Origin: Laetmonice hystrix
Lineage: Eukaryota
Direction of reading: 5' to 3'
Length of the DNA stretch: 64,000 bases
Assembly: GCA_965235115.1 (NCBI GenBank)
Contig: OZ249436.1
Location: forward strand, 17,300,001-17,364,000
Below, piece after piece: positions 16,601 through 28,597 of the stretch. The notes below the pieces were generated by a model. That model saw nothing but the letters and a program-made list of their open reading frames with translations, searched no databases and was not told where the DNA came from. Within the stretch, counting starts at the first letter, position 1. Each line of letters opens with the position of its first letter. A program made the position numbers and the translations under genes.

Positions 16601-19600
16601 AACCCTGACACTTATCTCTGACCTGGCCCTGACACTTATCTCTGACCTGACCCTGACACTTATCTCTGACCTCACCCTGACACTTATAGTACTCTGACCT
16701 ACTCTGACATGTATCTCTGACCCAACCCTGACAGTTATCTCTGACCTTACCCTGAAGGTTATCTCTGACCTGGCCCTGACAGTTATCTCTGACCTAACCC
16801 TGACACTTATCTCTGACCTTCACCTGACACTTATCTTTGACCTGACCCTGACCCTTATCTCTGACCCACCCCTGACACTTATCTCTGACCTGACCCAGAC
16901 ACTTATCTCTGACCGACCCTGAATGTATCTCGTACCTAACCTGACACTTATCTCGGACCTGACCCTGACACTAATCTCTGAACTGACCCTGACACTTATC
17001 TCGGACCTGACCCAGACATTATAAATCTCCGACCGACCCTGGATGTATCTCGTACCTAACCCTGACACTTATCTCGGACCTGACCCTGACACTAATCTCT
17101 GAACTGACCCTGACACTTATCTCGGACCTACCCATGAATGTATCTCGTACCTAACCCTGACACTTATCTCTGACCTGACCCTGACACTTATCTCGGGCCT
17201 TACTTACCCTGACAGTTATCGCGGACCTGACCCTGACATATATATTGGATCCTAATACCTCAACAAACCATATCCCTGCCCCTATCCCGAACTCGTACCC
17301 CAACATTTCGCGGGGATTTTACCCTGGTAATACTGACCAGTATATCATGCCTTTCGACTCTAACACCCGCTGCTGACTACCCTAGCTCACTCTTGGTAAA
17401 CCTGTGGACCAGCCAGGGAGAAATATTCAACTCCTACCGTCGTGAGGCAGACTGCATCATTCATGTGCCATGCCTGGCATGCCCCAGTATGTCCGACATG
17501 TAACAAGTGTACATTTAATTCTCAAATCACCACATACCCGAAAATATCGGGTGGATAAAAAAAAACGCCCCGAACTTTAAACTCCAATATTTCAAAAAGT
17601 TTTGATTGTAATTCAATGAAATTTTTCTTACTATCACTTTATGATGTTGTCTCTTAGTTGCTAATGTTACAACTCAATAGCTTGAATAATATTTCCGTAG
17701 CGCTGAAAACAAAAATCATTGTACAAAAGCGCAATGCCGGCCTAAAGCGAGTGGTAGTCGCACCAGAGTCCCTGGCCTCACACTAGAGTAGGTGGTCAAT
17801 CGGTCCCCCGTTTTCACTTCATACTGCTCTCAGTCTCTTTTTACATCGCCAAAGCACTTTCTGATCTATGATAGGGAATTATCTTCCCATTATTGGGAAA
17901 TAAGCAGCGTTCTGAACGTGTTGCTAAACGTGATAATGATACGATTTCCCTTAAACTTCTGCTTACAGTCATATCGTCCTAATGTTGCAGTGTCTCTGTA
18001 GGGTTTGGCACATTAAACATCTGGGTTTCTCTAGAAGTACTAGGAATAGGACATAATTTATTATATCTAGTGGTTCACAACATTATACATATTGTAAAAC
18101 ATGCAAAAACTAAATATTGAAAATGTTTTTACCCAAAGTACAATGCGGTGCATCAAACAGGTATCAAATTGGACACCTGGCAGCTGCATGATATTTGACC
18201 TAATTCCGGCATTGTGTTTTTAGACACTGATTTTTGTTTTTAGCGCCACGGGATTAATATCAAAGCTATTGAGCGGAAACTTTAACATACAAGAGATAAT
18301 ATCATGAAGTTATATTAAGAGAAATTTTATTGAATTATAATGCAAAGTTATTGAAATATTAAAGTTTAAAGTTCGGGGCGTTTTTTTTATCCACCCGATA
18401 TAAAAGAGCTTTGAGCTGTGGCTTCATTAATCAAGGGGAATCGTGTTGATTGATTATGGAGAGATTCTTTTGTTTATCGAGTGGAAAATGGTAGGCCTAC
18501 AGGTGTTCGTTAGAGATGAAGAAGTTCTTGTAAGAACTTATTTTACATCCTGGGTAACATGCACGTTATAACCTATAATTTGGCTCCACTTGCCATAAAC
18601 AAAGCAATAATAGATAACTCAATTTAAAGGTTGTTAGTAGTAATGTGTACAGCGCCTTTACAATAACTTTAGAGTTAGTGTACTGTCAGAACTCCTCCCT
18701 GTACGGTCACAGCTCCCCGTGTACTGTCAGAACTCCACCCTGTACGGTCACAGCTCCCCGTGTACTGTCAGAACTCCTCCCTGTATGGTCACAGCTCCCC
18801 GTGTACTGTCAGAACTCCTCCCTGTACGGTCACAGCTCCCCGTGTACTGTCAGGACTCCTCCCTGTATGGTCACAGCTCCCCGTGTACTGTCAGAACTCC
18901 TCCCTGTACGGTCACAGCTCCCCGTGTACTGTCAGAACTCCTCCCTGTACGGTCACAGCTCCCCGTGTACTGTCAGAACTCCTCCCTGTATGGTCACAGC
19001 TCCCCGTGTACTGTCAGAACTCCTCCCTGTACGGTCACAGCTCCCCGTGTACTGTCAGAACTCCTCCCTGTATGGTCACAGCTCCCCGTGTACTGTCAGA
19101 ACTCCTCCCTGTATGGACACAGCTGCCCGTGTACTGTCAGAACTCCTCCCTGTATGGACACAGCTGCCCCGTGTACTGTCAGAACTCCTCCCTGTACGGT
19201 CACAGCTCCCCGTGTACTGTCAGAACTCCTCCCTGTACGGTCACAGCTCCCCGTGCACTGTCAGAACTCCTCCCTGTACGGTCACAGCTCCCCGTGTACT
19301 GTCAGAACTCCTCCCTGTACGGTCACAGCTCCCCGTGTACTGTGTCAGAACTCCTCCCTGTACGGTCACAGCTCCCCGTGTACTGTCAGAACTCCTCCCT
19401 GTACGGTCACAGCTCCCCGTGTACTGTCAGAACTCCTCCCTGTACGGTCACAGCTCCCCGTGTACTGTGTCAGAACTCCTCCCTGTATGGTCACAGCTCC
19501 CCGTGTACTGTCAGAACTCCTCCCTGTACGGTCACAGCTCCCCGTGTACTGTGTCAGAACTCCTCCCTGTACGGTTACAGCTCCCCGTGTACTGTCAGAA

Positions 19601-22600
19601 CTCCTCCCTGTACGGTCACAGCTCCCCGTGTACTGCAGGACTCCTCCCTGTATGGTCACAGCTCCCCGTGTACTGTCAGAACTCCTCCCTGTACGGTCAC
19701 AGCTCCCCGTGTACTGTGTCAGAACTCCTCCCTGTACGGTCACAGCTCCCCGTGTACTGTCAGAACTCCTCCCTGTACGGTCACAGCTCCCCGTGTACTG
19801 TCAGAACTCCTCCCTGTACGGTCACAGCTCCCCGTGTACTGTGTCAGAAGTCCTCCCTGTATGGTCACAGCTCCCCGTGTACTGTCAGAACTCCTCCCTG
19901 TACGGTCACAGCTCCCCGTGTACTGTCAGAACTCCTCCCTGTATGGTCACAGCTCCCCGTGTACTGTCAGAACTCCTCCCTGTATGGTCACAGCTGCCCC
20001 GTGTACGCGTACGTAATCTATGTGGGTGAAGTGTGAGTTGAGTCAATCTAAGAATTTTCTGTCGTCTCTGGGAGAACTAGGAATGCTGTGATATAAAATA
20101 TCGTCAGTCGGCCCGATGTACTCGATGAAACGTCTGGGTGAAGTGGATAAGGAGAACAGCACAGGGTTTGATACAGACCAAGACGCAGCACCTCACCGCT
20201 TGTTTGTGTTATATTGTTCATGTTATATTGTTCATGTTATATTGCCCATGTTATATTGGCTGTGTTATATCGACCATGTTATATTGGCTGTGTTATGTAT
20301 TTCAGGTTGCAGTGTTAGACATTGACATATGCGGCCCTTCCATTCCGCGAGTGATGGGACTGGAGGGAGAGCAGGTAAGATTCCACTCAGCCAGTCAATT
20401 ACACCTGCACACTCCAGCCAACCAGAGATATTTAATGATTTCTTGTTTTTGTTGTTGTTTTTATTTATTTCCACAACAATCGCCTAGCATGGCGTTCTTC
20501 CTTGAGTGGTTAAAGGAAGTGTAACAGAAATCAGCGTAGTTAAGTAAACATTAAGGCACTTTCTTCACTTCTTGTATATGGTATATGGTACTGGTACTGA
20601 AGACTCTTTATTTGATAAATACCAGCAATTTCGAGTAGAGTAAAAATATCGATTTTTATCAAATAATTACTTGTTTACTGGTAATGTTTTGTTCAATTTT
20701 TTAGGTCCACCAAAGTGCCTCAGGGTGGTCGCCAGTGGTATGAATTATTTGTTTATCTTATTTATCAGGGATGAGAATTTTTGGGCGGACATTGAGGCTA
20801 GGGGCCCGGGTTTAGAGCCCGGGTTTAGGAATAACAATAGATTTTTAGTTCCTTCCCCGCTCTAGGACAGGTGCGAGCTGATAGGATCATGGACACTAAA
20901 AAATTTACTTGTTCTTGAAATAATGGCAGGTACATAGATAGAGGACATTCAAAGACAATTATTATGAAGGACCTCACTCTGACGTATTGTGATTGAAACG
21001 TACGTGATTGACAGCCCGATGATTGACAGCCAAGTGATTGACAGCTATGTATGTCTACATGTTGGCAGTATGTGACGGAGAACCTGGGTGTGATGTCGGT
21101 TGGTTTCTTGCTCGGGAGTCTTGATGATGCTGTCATCTGGCGGGGACCCAAGAAAAACGGTATGTACCGTAAGGCAGTCAGTTAGAAAAAGGGTCGGTGC
21201 GAAAGGTGGTCAGTTGGAAAGGCAGTCAAACGGTGGCAAGAAATTGACAAGTATTGATGTACAGTAAGTGTAAGACCTGTTGTTTGTATTGATGTGTAAG
21301 ACCTGTTGTTTGTATTGATGTACAGTAAGTGTAAGACCTGTTGTTTGTATTGATGTACAGTAAGTGTAAGACCTGTTGTTTGTATTGATGTACAGTAAGT
21401 GTAAGACCTGTTGTTTGTATTGTGTACAGTTAGTGTAAGACCTGTTGTTTGTATTGATGTACAGTAAGTGTAAGACCTGTTGTTTGTATTGATGTGTAAG
21501 ACCTGTTGTTTGTATTGATGTACAGTAAGTGTAGGACCTGTTGTTTGTATTGATGTACAGTAAGTGTAAGACCTGTTGTTTGTATTGATGTACAGTAAGT
21601 GTAAGACCTGTTGTTTGTATTGATGTACAGTCAGTGTAAGACCTGTTGTTTGTATTGATGTGTAAGACCTGTTGTTTGTATTGATGTGTAAGACCTGTTG
21701 TTTGTATTGATGTACAGTAAGTGTAAGACTTGTTTGTATTGATGTACAGTAAGTGTAAGACCTGTTGTTTGTATTGATGTACAGTAAGTGTAAGACCTGT
21801 TGTTTGTATTGATGTACAGTAAGTGTAAGACCTGTTGTTTGTATTGATGTACAGTCAGTGTAAGACCTGTTGTTTGTATTGATGTGTAAGACCTGTTGTT
21901 TGTATTGATGTGTAAGACCTGTTGTTTGTATTGATGTACAGTAAGTGTAAGACCTGTTGTTTGTATTGATGTGTAAGACCTGTTGTTTGTATTGATGTAC
22001 AGTAAGTGTAAGACCTGTTGTCTGTATTGATGTACAGTAAGTGTAAGACCTGTTGGTATTGATGTACAGTAAGTGTAAGACCTGTTGATGATGTTCCAGG
22101 TATGATCAAACAGTTCTTACGGGACGTTGACTGGGGTGGACAGGTAGATTACCTGGTGATCGATACCCCACCTGGAACATCTGATGAACACTTGTCTGCC
22201 GTACAGTATCTGAGTACCTCCAACGTGGACGGAGCCATCATCATCACCACCCCACAGGTAGGTAGGGAGGTGGACTGGTGGGAGGTTACAGGTGTGGTGG
22301 GAGGTTACAGGTGTGGTGGGAGGTCACAGGTGTGGTGGGAGGTCACAGGTGTGGTGGAAGGTTACAGGTGTGGTGGGAGGTTACAGGTGTGGTGGGAGGT
22401 TACAGGTGTGGTGGGAGGTCACAGGTGTGGTGGGAGGTCACAGGTGTGGTGGGAGGTTACAGGTGTGGTGGGAGGTTACAGGTGTGGTGGGAGGTTACAG
22501 GTGTGGTGGGAGGTTACAGGTGTGGTGGGAGGTCACAGGTGTGGTGGGAGGTCACAGGTGTGGTGGGAGGTTACAGGTGTGGTGGGAGGTTACAGGTGTG

Positions 22601-24350
22601 GTGGGAGGTTACAGGTGTGGTAGGAGGTTACAGGTGTGGTGGGAGGTTACAGGTGTGGTGGGAGGTTACAGGTGTGGTGGCAGGTTACAGGTGTGGTGGG
22701 AGGTCACAGGTGTGGTGGGAGGTCACAGGTGTGGTGGCAGGTTACAGGTGTGGTGGCAGGTTACACACTAGAATTGAATAAACTGAAGATTGTGGCCCTG
22801 TCATACATGTGGTTCCTGTTTTTGGCAGGAGGTGTCGCTGCTTGATGCACGGAAGGAGATCAACTTCTGCCGGAAGGTCAAGATGCCCATTATCGGGGTG
22901 GTAGAAAACATGAGTAGTTTCGTCTGCCCACACTGTAAGGTAAGGTTTGATCCTACAGTAGAGGAGTATAGATTTTCCGAGATCTTCGTTATCTATGGTT
23001 TACCGCCATAACAGGGCCCCTCACCCCCGGGTTTCATTCCGTTTCCTGCATCATTAGAAAGTTTATCAGTTACTTTCTTTTCACTGGGGCTCGGGTTTGT
23101 TGCAACACTATAACCGAACCGATTGGGTCGGTATTACCCTGGTTGTAAAACTCGGATCACAATGCCAGTCCATTATCAGTAATCTGCAGTACCTGTCGAG
23201 GTCGGCGGAACCCCCACGTTCGCCGGTTAATCGCCAGGTGGCAGTAGTAGCCCGGCGGGTGGTTCCGTTTCGGTGCCGAGATCAGCGATCGATTCCGTTT
23301 TCTTGCAGGGATCGTCCGAGATTTTCCCGCCAACCACGGGCGGTGCCGAGAAGATGTGTGGCGACCTTGACGTGGCATTCCTTGGACGAGTTCCGCTCGA
23401 CCCAAGAATAGGTCAGTGTCAAGGTCAACAAGAAGTTTATAGATTTTTATTGGAAAGAACTCCAGAGTTATGAAAACAAAATGATGATCCTTGCTTAAAA
23501 ATGTTACTAATAATCCCTATGATAGAAAAATATCTGCTGCTGTATAACTAGGTATCAATTAGCGACCATTCAACTCCCTGGCCGCCTGGGATAAACTCCA
23601 TCTCGAGAATTGCCATCAATAGAGCGTAAATTGGTGCGGTAGCTGCTCGATGAACATCCCCTTGGTTTCTGTTGTAAGGTCAATGTTGTGACGAGGGGAA
23701 GTCGTTCCTAGCCGAGGTCCCAGACTCACCGGCCGCGCACGCCTTCACGCAGGTCTTACACAGTAAGTCAGTCACATCCGGTAATCGTCCGTCCCATGAC
23801 AAGAGTGTAGCCAGGGGGTTTACGGGTTGCCCGGAACCCCCCCCCCCCCCGCCATCTCAGTTCTGCCTACACCTCTGCATGAGGTCACAAATGCTTCTTC
23901 TTCTTCCTGTCCGTATTCTTCTTCCTGGTGTTTGTCAGAATCATCTTCTCCTTCTTCATCTGTCCAGGAATAACGGCAATGTCGGTCGGAGATGTTTAAC
24001 CCAAAGACTATGAAAGGTGAAACGTCGCGAGTTCAGACTGAGCCCTGGCCCGATTTTTAGTTCGTCATTTTACCAATCCTAAGACTGGAATTTGAAGAAT
24101 GACTTGTGTTATGGGCTCTCATTGGGTAACTTCATTTGAAGGACCAATCAGAAGCGCTGAAACAAGAGTTCAGTCTTAAGGTTTGAATCTTAAGCCTCGG
24201 TTTGCAAACTAAAAATCGGGGCCTGGTCAGATTGTGGTCGGTCGCGGTGTCCTGATTCTGATTGGACGTTTTCTTTCAGAAATACGGGAACATTGCGATC
24301 AGAAGCCGGTTCCCATGGAAGTAGAGGTTGATACGGGGGAGACCGTCTAA
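10651..24350 (+). CDS. NUBP1: Cytosolic Fe-S cluster assembly factor NUBP1 (Nbp35), 11 exons, 329 aa
   Basis: Eleven exons totalling 990 nt splice in frame from ATG to TAA. The product has the N-terminal CPG..C..CPNQ..C Fe-S motif, deviant Walker [48 protein letters not shown] and PLDPRIG. Confidence 0.96.
11085..11398. mobile_element. MITE with ACGTCCCC subterminal repeats
   Basis: Inverted arrays of (aa)acgtcccc / ggggacgtt at the two ends, flanked by direct repeat GTATACAG (11077-11084, 11399-11406). Confidence 0.6.
13228..13332 (+). CDS. NUBP1: NUBP1 exon 2
   Basis: [35 protein letters not shown]. Confidence 0.93.
13654..13787 (+). CDS. NUBP1: NUBP1 exon 3
   Basis: [19 protein letters not shown] (P-loop). 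Confidence 0.95.
15049..15770. repeat. minisatellite, 39 bp unit (NUBP1 intron 3)
   Basis: gactgatctaggtaactccccggtaagggactgataaaa. Confidence 0.92.
16236..17240. repeat. minisatellite, ~24 bp unit (NUBP1 intron 3)
   Basis: ccctgacacttatctctgacct(g/a)a. Confidence 0.92.
17547..18398. mobile_element. non-autonomous Tc1/mariner-like DNA transposon
   Basis: TA|TCGGGTGGATAAAAAAAAACGCCCCGAACTTTAAAC ... GTTTAAAGTTCGGGGCGTTTTTTTTATCCACCCGA|TA. Imperfect inverted repeats extend about 190 bp. A similar terminus occurs near 53668. Confidence 0.8.
18678..20004. repeat. homogeneous minisatellite, 41 bp unit
   Basis: gtgtactgtcagaactcctccctgtacggtcacagctcccc, about 32 copies. Confidence 0.97.
20306..20374 (+). 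CDS. NUBP1: NUBP1 exon 4
   Basis: [23 protein letters not shown]. Confidence 0.95.
20705..20737 (+). CDS. NUBP1: NUBP1 exon 5 (33 nt)
   Basis: [11 protein letters not shown]. Confidence 0.92.
21069..21159 (+). CDS. NUBP1: NUBP1 exon 6
   Basis: [30 protein letters not shown]. Confidence 0.95.
21252..22087. repeat. minisatellite, 35/26 bp units (NUBP1 intron 6)
   Basis: gtattgatgt[acagtaagt]gtaagacctgttgttt. Confidence 0.95.
22100..22257 (+). CDS. NUBP1: NUBP1 exon 7
   Basis: [33 protein letters not shown]...TTPQ. Confidence 0.95.
22276..22764. repeat. minisatellite, 19 bp unit (NUBP1 intron 7)
   Basis: ggaggt(t/c)acaggtgtggtg. Confidence 0.95.
22829..22939 (+). CDS. NUBP1: NUBP1 exon 8
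   Basis: [37 protein letters not shown]. Confidence 0.95.
23309..23411 (+). CDS. NUBP1: NUBP1 exon 9
   Basis: [34 protein letters not shown]. Confidence 0.95.
23679..23762 (+). CDS. NUBP1: NUBP1 exon 10
   Basis: [31 protein letters not shown] acceptor, |gtaagt. Confidence 0.9.
24044..24226. mobile_element. short MITE in last NUBP1 intron
   Basis: CCTGGCCCGATTTTTAGTT ... AACTAAAAATCGGGGCCTGG inverted termini. Confidence 0.5.
24280..24350 (+). CDS. NUBP1: NUBP1 exon 11 (terminal)
   Basis: ttctttcag|; [23 protein letters not shown]. Confidence 0.75.
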
Positions 24351-24777
24351 CACGTCAGCGACAACTAATCCAAATATATCGGGATGGTGATAATGGTGAC
24401 GTCACGTCGCGGTGGTTGCTGGAGAGTGACGTAACAGGCCGCCAATGAAGGTCAGCGACAAGAATCAGGGCCTAGCTTGACATGTCCAGGGAATGTCAGA
24501 TGTAAAGTTATGATTCAGGAAAGAAAAGTGTAAATTACTGGGATTGGTGAATTGATGAAATAAGAGATTGAGCCTGGAGAGTTATGGGATAAACTTGTGA
24601 ACTGTCACATCGAAGGTCTTGAAATTGGCGCTGGTGACCAGGGATTGAGAAGAGTGTGGATAGGGGAGTAATTACTCACTGTACTCAGGTTGGTCAGAGT
24701 GGGTGGGTATGCAGCGAGGGCGGAGGCACGGGCGGGGGCTGAACAAATGAATTATAAGTCACCTTTCATACATATTA

Positions 24778-24832
24778 AATAAATTATATTTTATTTTGTT
24801 CTTTGTGAATATGCATTGTGTTCGTGAATAAA
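24778..24832 (+). terminator. candidate NUBP1 polyadenylation signals
   Basis: AATAAA at 24778 and 24827, with T/GT-rich sequence nearby, about 430 nt after the stop codon. Confidence 0.55.
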
Positions 24833-25672
24833 GGTTTGACCCTCGAAGTCGACTGCTCTGTTCAGTGTCCGTGGAATTGACGTTAAGAAAAAATAAAAGT
24901 TTGTCGAAACTGTTGAATTGAGTTGGCCCCATGCATATGATACTGATTTAATTAATCTTCAAAAGATGGATTGAAGCAAGTGGTCACAGTTTTTCTCGTG
25001 TATATTTTTAGTATAGAAATGATTAAAACCGCTATTTATTAAGACATCCTATGTCTTAAGCTGGTGCTACACGATGCGATTCAACAGGCGATTTGCTTGC
25101 GACGACCCCTCGCAATGCCGGGGGGAGGGCAGTCTCGGTAACGCCAGACTCTCAGATAAGAGAGTCTGGGAGATTTCCGATCTTTCATTGTTACCGCATG
25201 GTGGCGCGTCGAACGTTTAGGAACATAAGCGGCCCGAGGAGGCCAGAGAAAAACAAAACAACCGACCTTTTCGCTTCACGAAAATTCGCTCGACAAGACT
25301 ACGTTTTACTAAGAAAAAGTCGTCATCATGTGTAAAATATGACTCTAGGACTAGGCCCCCTATTTTGGCTATAGGCCTATAGGCCGACTGATTGCATTGT
25401 GCGGTGTAGAGCGAACGTACACCTGTGTGTGCATGTCAATTGTCAGTTGAAATTTGAAAAATCCTTAATACTATCTTACTCAGTTCCTAAAGTTCTATGG
25501 TTCATACAATAAAGTTAATTGCTTATAAAACGACATATACTAGTCTATATATATATGTAGGTGACCGATTAAACAGACGCTGTCTCAGGTTTGGAAATAT
25601 GGCAGTGATCTATGACTATGGGCCCCTATGCCGTGCTGGGCAGTGCGCCGCGGGGGTAGGCCGGCGCTTACT

Positions 25673-26168
25673 TATGAAGACCATAAGGTGACATCACCCG
25701 CTACTCGCCCCGCCACTCGCCACTCGCCCCGCTACTCGCCCTGCTACCCGCCGGTTAGGGTTAAGGTGGGTATTTGGGGTTTTACGCCTTGCAACAGCCA
25801 GGGTCATATCACGGCGGTGAAGATGATGATGAAAGTCAGTTTTTCTTGGTGGAGGAAACCGGAGTGCCCGGAGGAAACCACCGACCTTCGGGAAGGAACT
25901 GACTGACAAACCTTTCACACATGCAGCCCTGGCCGGGGATCGAACCCGGACCGCAGCGGTGTGAGGCGATGGTCCTAGGTGTCATGAGCCAGCACCTTTG
26001 ACCACTCGGCCACCCGAGGCCCCAGGGTTAAGGTTAGGGTTAGGGATAGCGTTGGCGGGGCGAGGGGCGAGTAGCGGGGCGAGTAGCGGGCCAAGTGGCG
26101 AGTAGCGTGGCGAGTGGCGGGGCGAGTAGCGGGGCGAGTGGCGGGTATGTCACCTTATGGTCTTCATA
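25673..26168. mobile_element. MITE with 6 bp TSD and TTAGGG-rich core
   Basis: TIR TATGAAGACCATAAGGTGACA / TGTCACCTTATGGTCTTCATA; TSD CTTACT (25667-25672, 26169-26174); inverted ctactcgccc subrepeats. Confidence 0.85.
25768..26023 (-). mobile_element. tRNA-derived SINE (Meta/V-SINE-like core)
   Basis: On the minus strand: A box TGGCCGAGTGG, B box GGTTCGATCCC, core GGTTTCCTCCGGGCACTCCGGTTTCCTCCACC. TSD AGGGTTAAGGT at 25757-25767 and 26024-26034. Confidence 0.85.
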
Positions 26169-28597
26169 CTTACTGGCTCACCCGCCAGGAGCGACCGGTG
26201 GGGGCCAGGGGCAGGGGAGCGAGGCGGCAGGCAGGCAGGACGCCAGAGTCCATGCAAGCAGGGATGATGCCGCCCTTGCAAAACGTCTCTAGACTAGAAT
26301 GTAAAACACCCATTCCGCCCAATAGCGCTCCAATATTAGTTACGGGTTTTCCTATTAAACCGAGGCTGTCTCAGGCTTGAAAATATGGCAGATGCCGCAC
26401 TGAGCAGCAGACTGCAGAAGGTCGGACTTTCAGGCTCACCCCGGCGGGAGTGACCGAGCCCGGGCATTCGGAAAACCTCGGCCCAACTTCCGGTCGCTTC
26501 GCTAGTTGTGGACTCGGACGTCGCAAGCCGTAGAGATATGACAGTGATTCCACGGGTTTGGGTACATCACAACTCGCGTAGTGCGCAACGGCGCAAAGTA
26601 GTTCATAGAATGTCGGTGTTCGGCCTAAAGCGGGATTGTTCATCAGGAAAGATGGATAATTTCCGAAGATTTGCAGTCTCGATCGTTCTTAGCAGCCGCG
26701 ACACATTCAGTTTTGCAGTATTTATGAAATCATACGACTTTACTAGCTTGTATCAACATAAGAAATGACGTCATACGCCCAAAGGAATCCCGAGGGAATC
26801 CCAAGTGAGACAGCTCGTCCGTGGGACAAACGTTGACCTCCGTCTGACGATAAACAATGCCAATAGGAATGTCAACATCTAAGAAAATATCTATAGAGAC
26901 CTAAATATATTTTCTCTGACGTCTAATCCACTTGTCAGAGGTATCAAGCGGAGATCTGTTTTTAAACAAGCCAGAAACTGCTTGTCTTTCACCTTTGTCG
27001 GTGTGTCTGCCGTCGCCGTTTTGACCACGTTGTGTCACTTGATCCAACATGGTGACGACTGTGCGAGGGCCGAGAGGATCTGGCCCGGACAGTCCCGAGG
27101 TGTGCCGAATGCGAGCCCGGGGTGGCGGCCGAGGCTGCAGGCGGGGTAGGCCTACCGAAGTCTGTGCATGCATGATGCCGCCGTTGGAGGCTTGTATAAA
27201 ACGTCGCTAGAACGCTAGAACCAGCCGTTGATCAGCATGAGCAGACTTCCGTTAAATTTAACCAATCGGCTGCAAGACGACCGGATGCAGAATTCCTGTA
27301 GCCTACTTTTGAAAGCCGCTTATGTCTCGGAACAACCTCACAAACGGGAGATACAAAAGCTTCCAGACCCTCTGCTAGGGCCGCTGAGGGTCTGGATGAT
27401 CGAGACTGGGGGGAGGGATGCCGGTCGCTCGTCTCTCGCTTCCATCGGCAATGCTGCTAAGGCGATCGAACAGTGGACCGCCCACCCGATTTGCTGCCGC
27501 ATTCCAACCAAGATGGCACGAAATGTGAAATGTGGCAATTTCTACATAGCCTTATTTTTGGGGAGAACGAACCTCAAAAACCAAAACGAACCAGAGTGTT
27601 GGAAAAATAATGGATCTGGGGGTGTACTATCACCTCGTTCAAAAACTTGGAGACTGTGCCTCCTTCATGACCATGTTCAGAATGAGCCATGACGACCTCC
27701 TGTGTTTGGTTGGAAAGGTTCGCCCATATATTCAATGGGAGAACACCCATTTCCGATTCAATATTTCGAAAGAGGAACGTCCATCTGGCATATGACGTCA
27801 CTTCCTGCTATTCGAATATAGGCCTACCCTCGGGTGAATAGACCGTTTTCCGTTGCGGGTTGCTAGTATGCTGCCTCGTTTTGAAACCCGGTGCAAGTGC
27901 CTGCACTCTAAAAACAGATTGGTTGAAAAACTACCAATCTCATTGCCAATACGTTGGTTATTGGGTAACCATTCACATTCGTTGCGTTTTTGTTGCGATG
28001 AACAACCAATGTGATTGGTTACAGAATAACCAGCACTGTGGTCACGTGATGACGCTCACTTGCCCCTTTCTTTGTCTATACCGTACCCCCGAAGTGTCAT
28101 ATACCTGTGATAGTCGGAAACCGTGGGCATAAACTAACAATAATTGAATACAGTCTCTGTGATGGTGAGTAGAGTGTTATGTCAAACAGGGGCCTAATTA
28201 AGTGGGAGTTGACATTGCTCATGAAAACACCATCTTTGGACACTAGAGAACATAATTATTAACTCCTCTGTAAAAGCAGTAGGTCGCAGACGTTTGAATT
28301 TTCCTTCTAAATTTAAAAATGTCCAGGGAAGGACCCCCCCCCCCCATGTTATTGGTAAGCGAGGCTCAGATCTCTAAATGCTTTGAGGAACTTCAGAAAT
28401 TTTATCTCCAGATGCCAGGAAATCGCGTTTTTTTGCCTTCAGAATTCAAAAATTTTATGGAGTCTCACTGCACATGTTATTGACTCCCCCCCCCTAAAAT
28501 TTCATGGCGCCCTTCCTGCCGACCATGAATTCGGACGCTGGTCATTGAATAACTTGTTTTGTGCTCCAAAATGCATCAGATTTCACCAAATTTAGGG

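Larger units (their letters stand above)
25130..27408. mobile_element. 2.3 kb non-autonomous DNA transposon with 9 bp TSD
   Basis: Termini CAGTCTCGGTAACGCCAGACTCTCAG / CTGAGGGTCTGGATGATCGAGACTG. Flanked by GGGGGAGGG at 25121-25129 and 27409-27417. Subterminal hairpins occur at both ends. Confidence 0.8.
25059..27795 (+). mobile_element. truncated PIF/Harbinger element (host of nested insertions) with transposase N-terminal remnant at 27610-27795
   Basis: Terminus TTA|AGCTGGTGCTACAC. Segments 25059-25129 plus 27418-27510 match the right end of the 61896-62378 MITE in reverse. The peptide GVYYHLVQKL..FMTMFRMS...VRPYIQWENTHFR..ISKEER resembles the Harbinger transposase N-terminus. Confidence 0.7.

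Noticed and set aside
18645..20036. Three overlapping 418-463 aa ORFs; the regular 41 bp repeats also look CRISPR-like
   Set aside because: The ORFs are translations of a stop-free minisatellite inside NUBP1 intron 3. There are no unique spacers or cas genes, and the context is eukaryotic.
22258..22781. Trp/Gly/Val-rich ORF extensions after NUBP1 exon 7
   Set aside because: Read-through into a 19 bp minisatellite; the exon ends at the GT donor at 22258.
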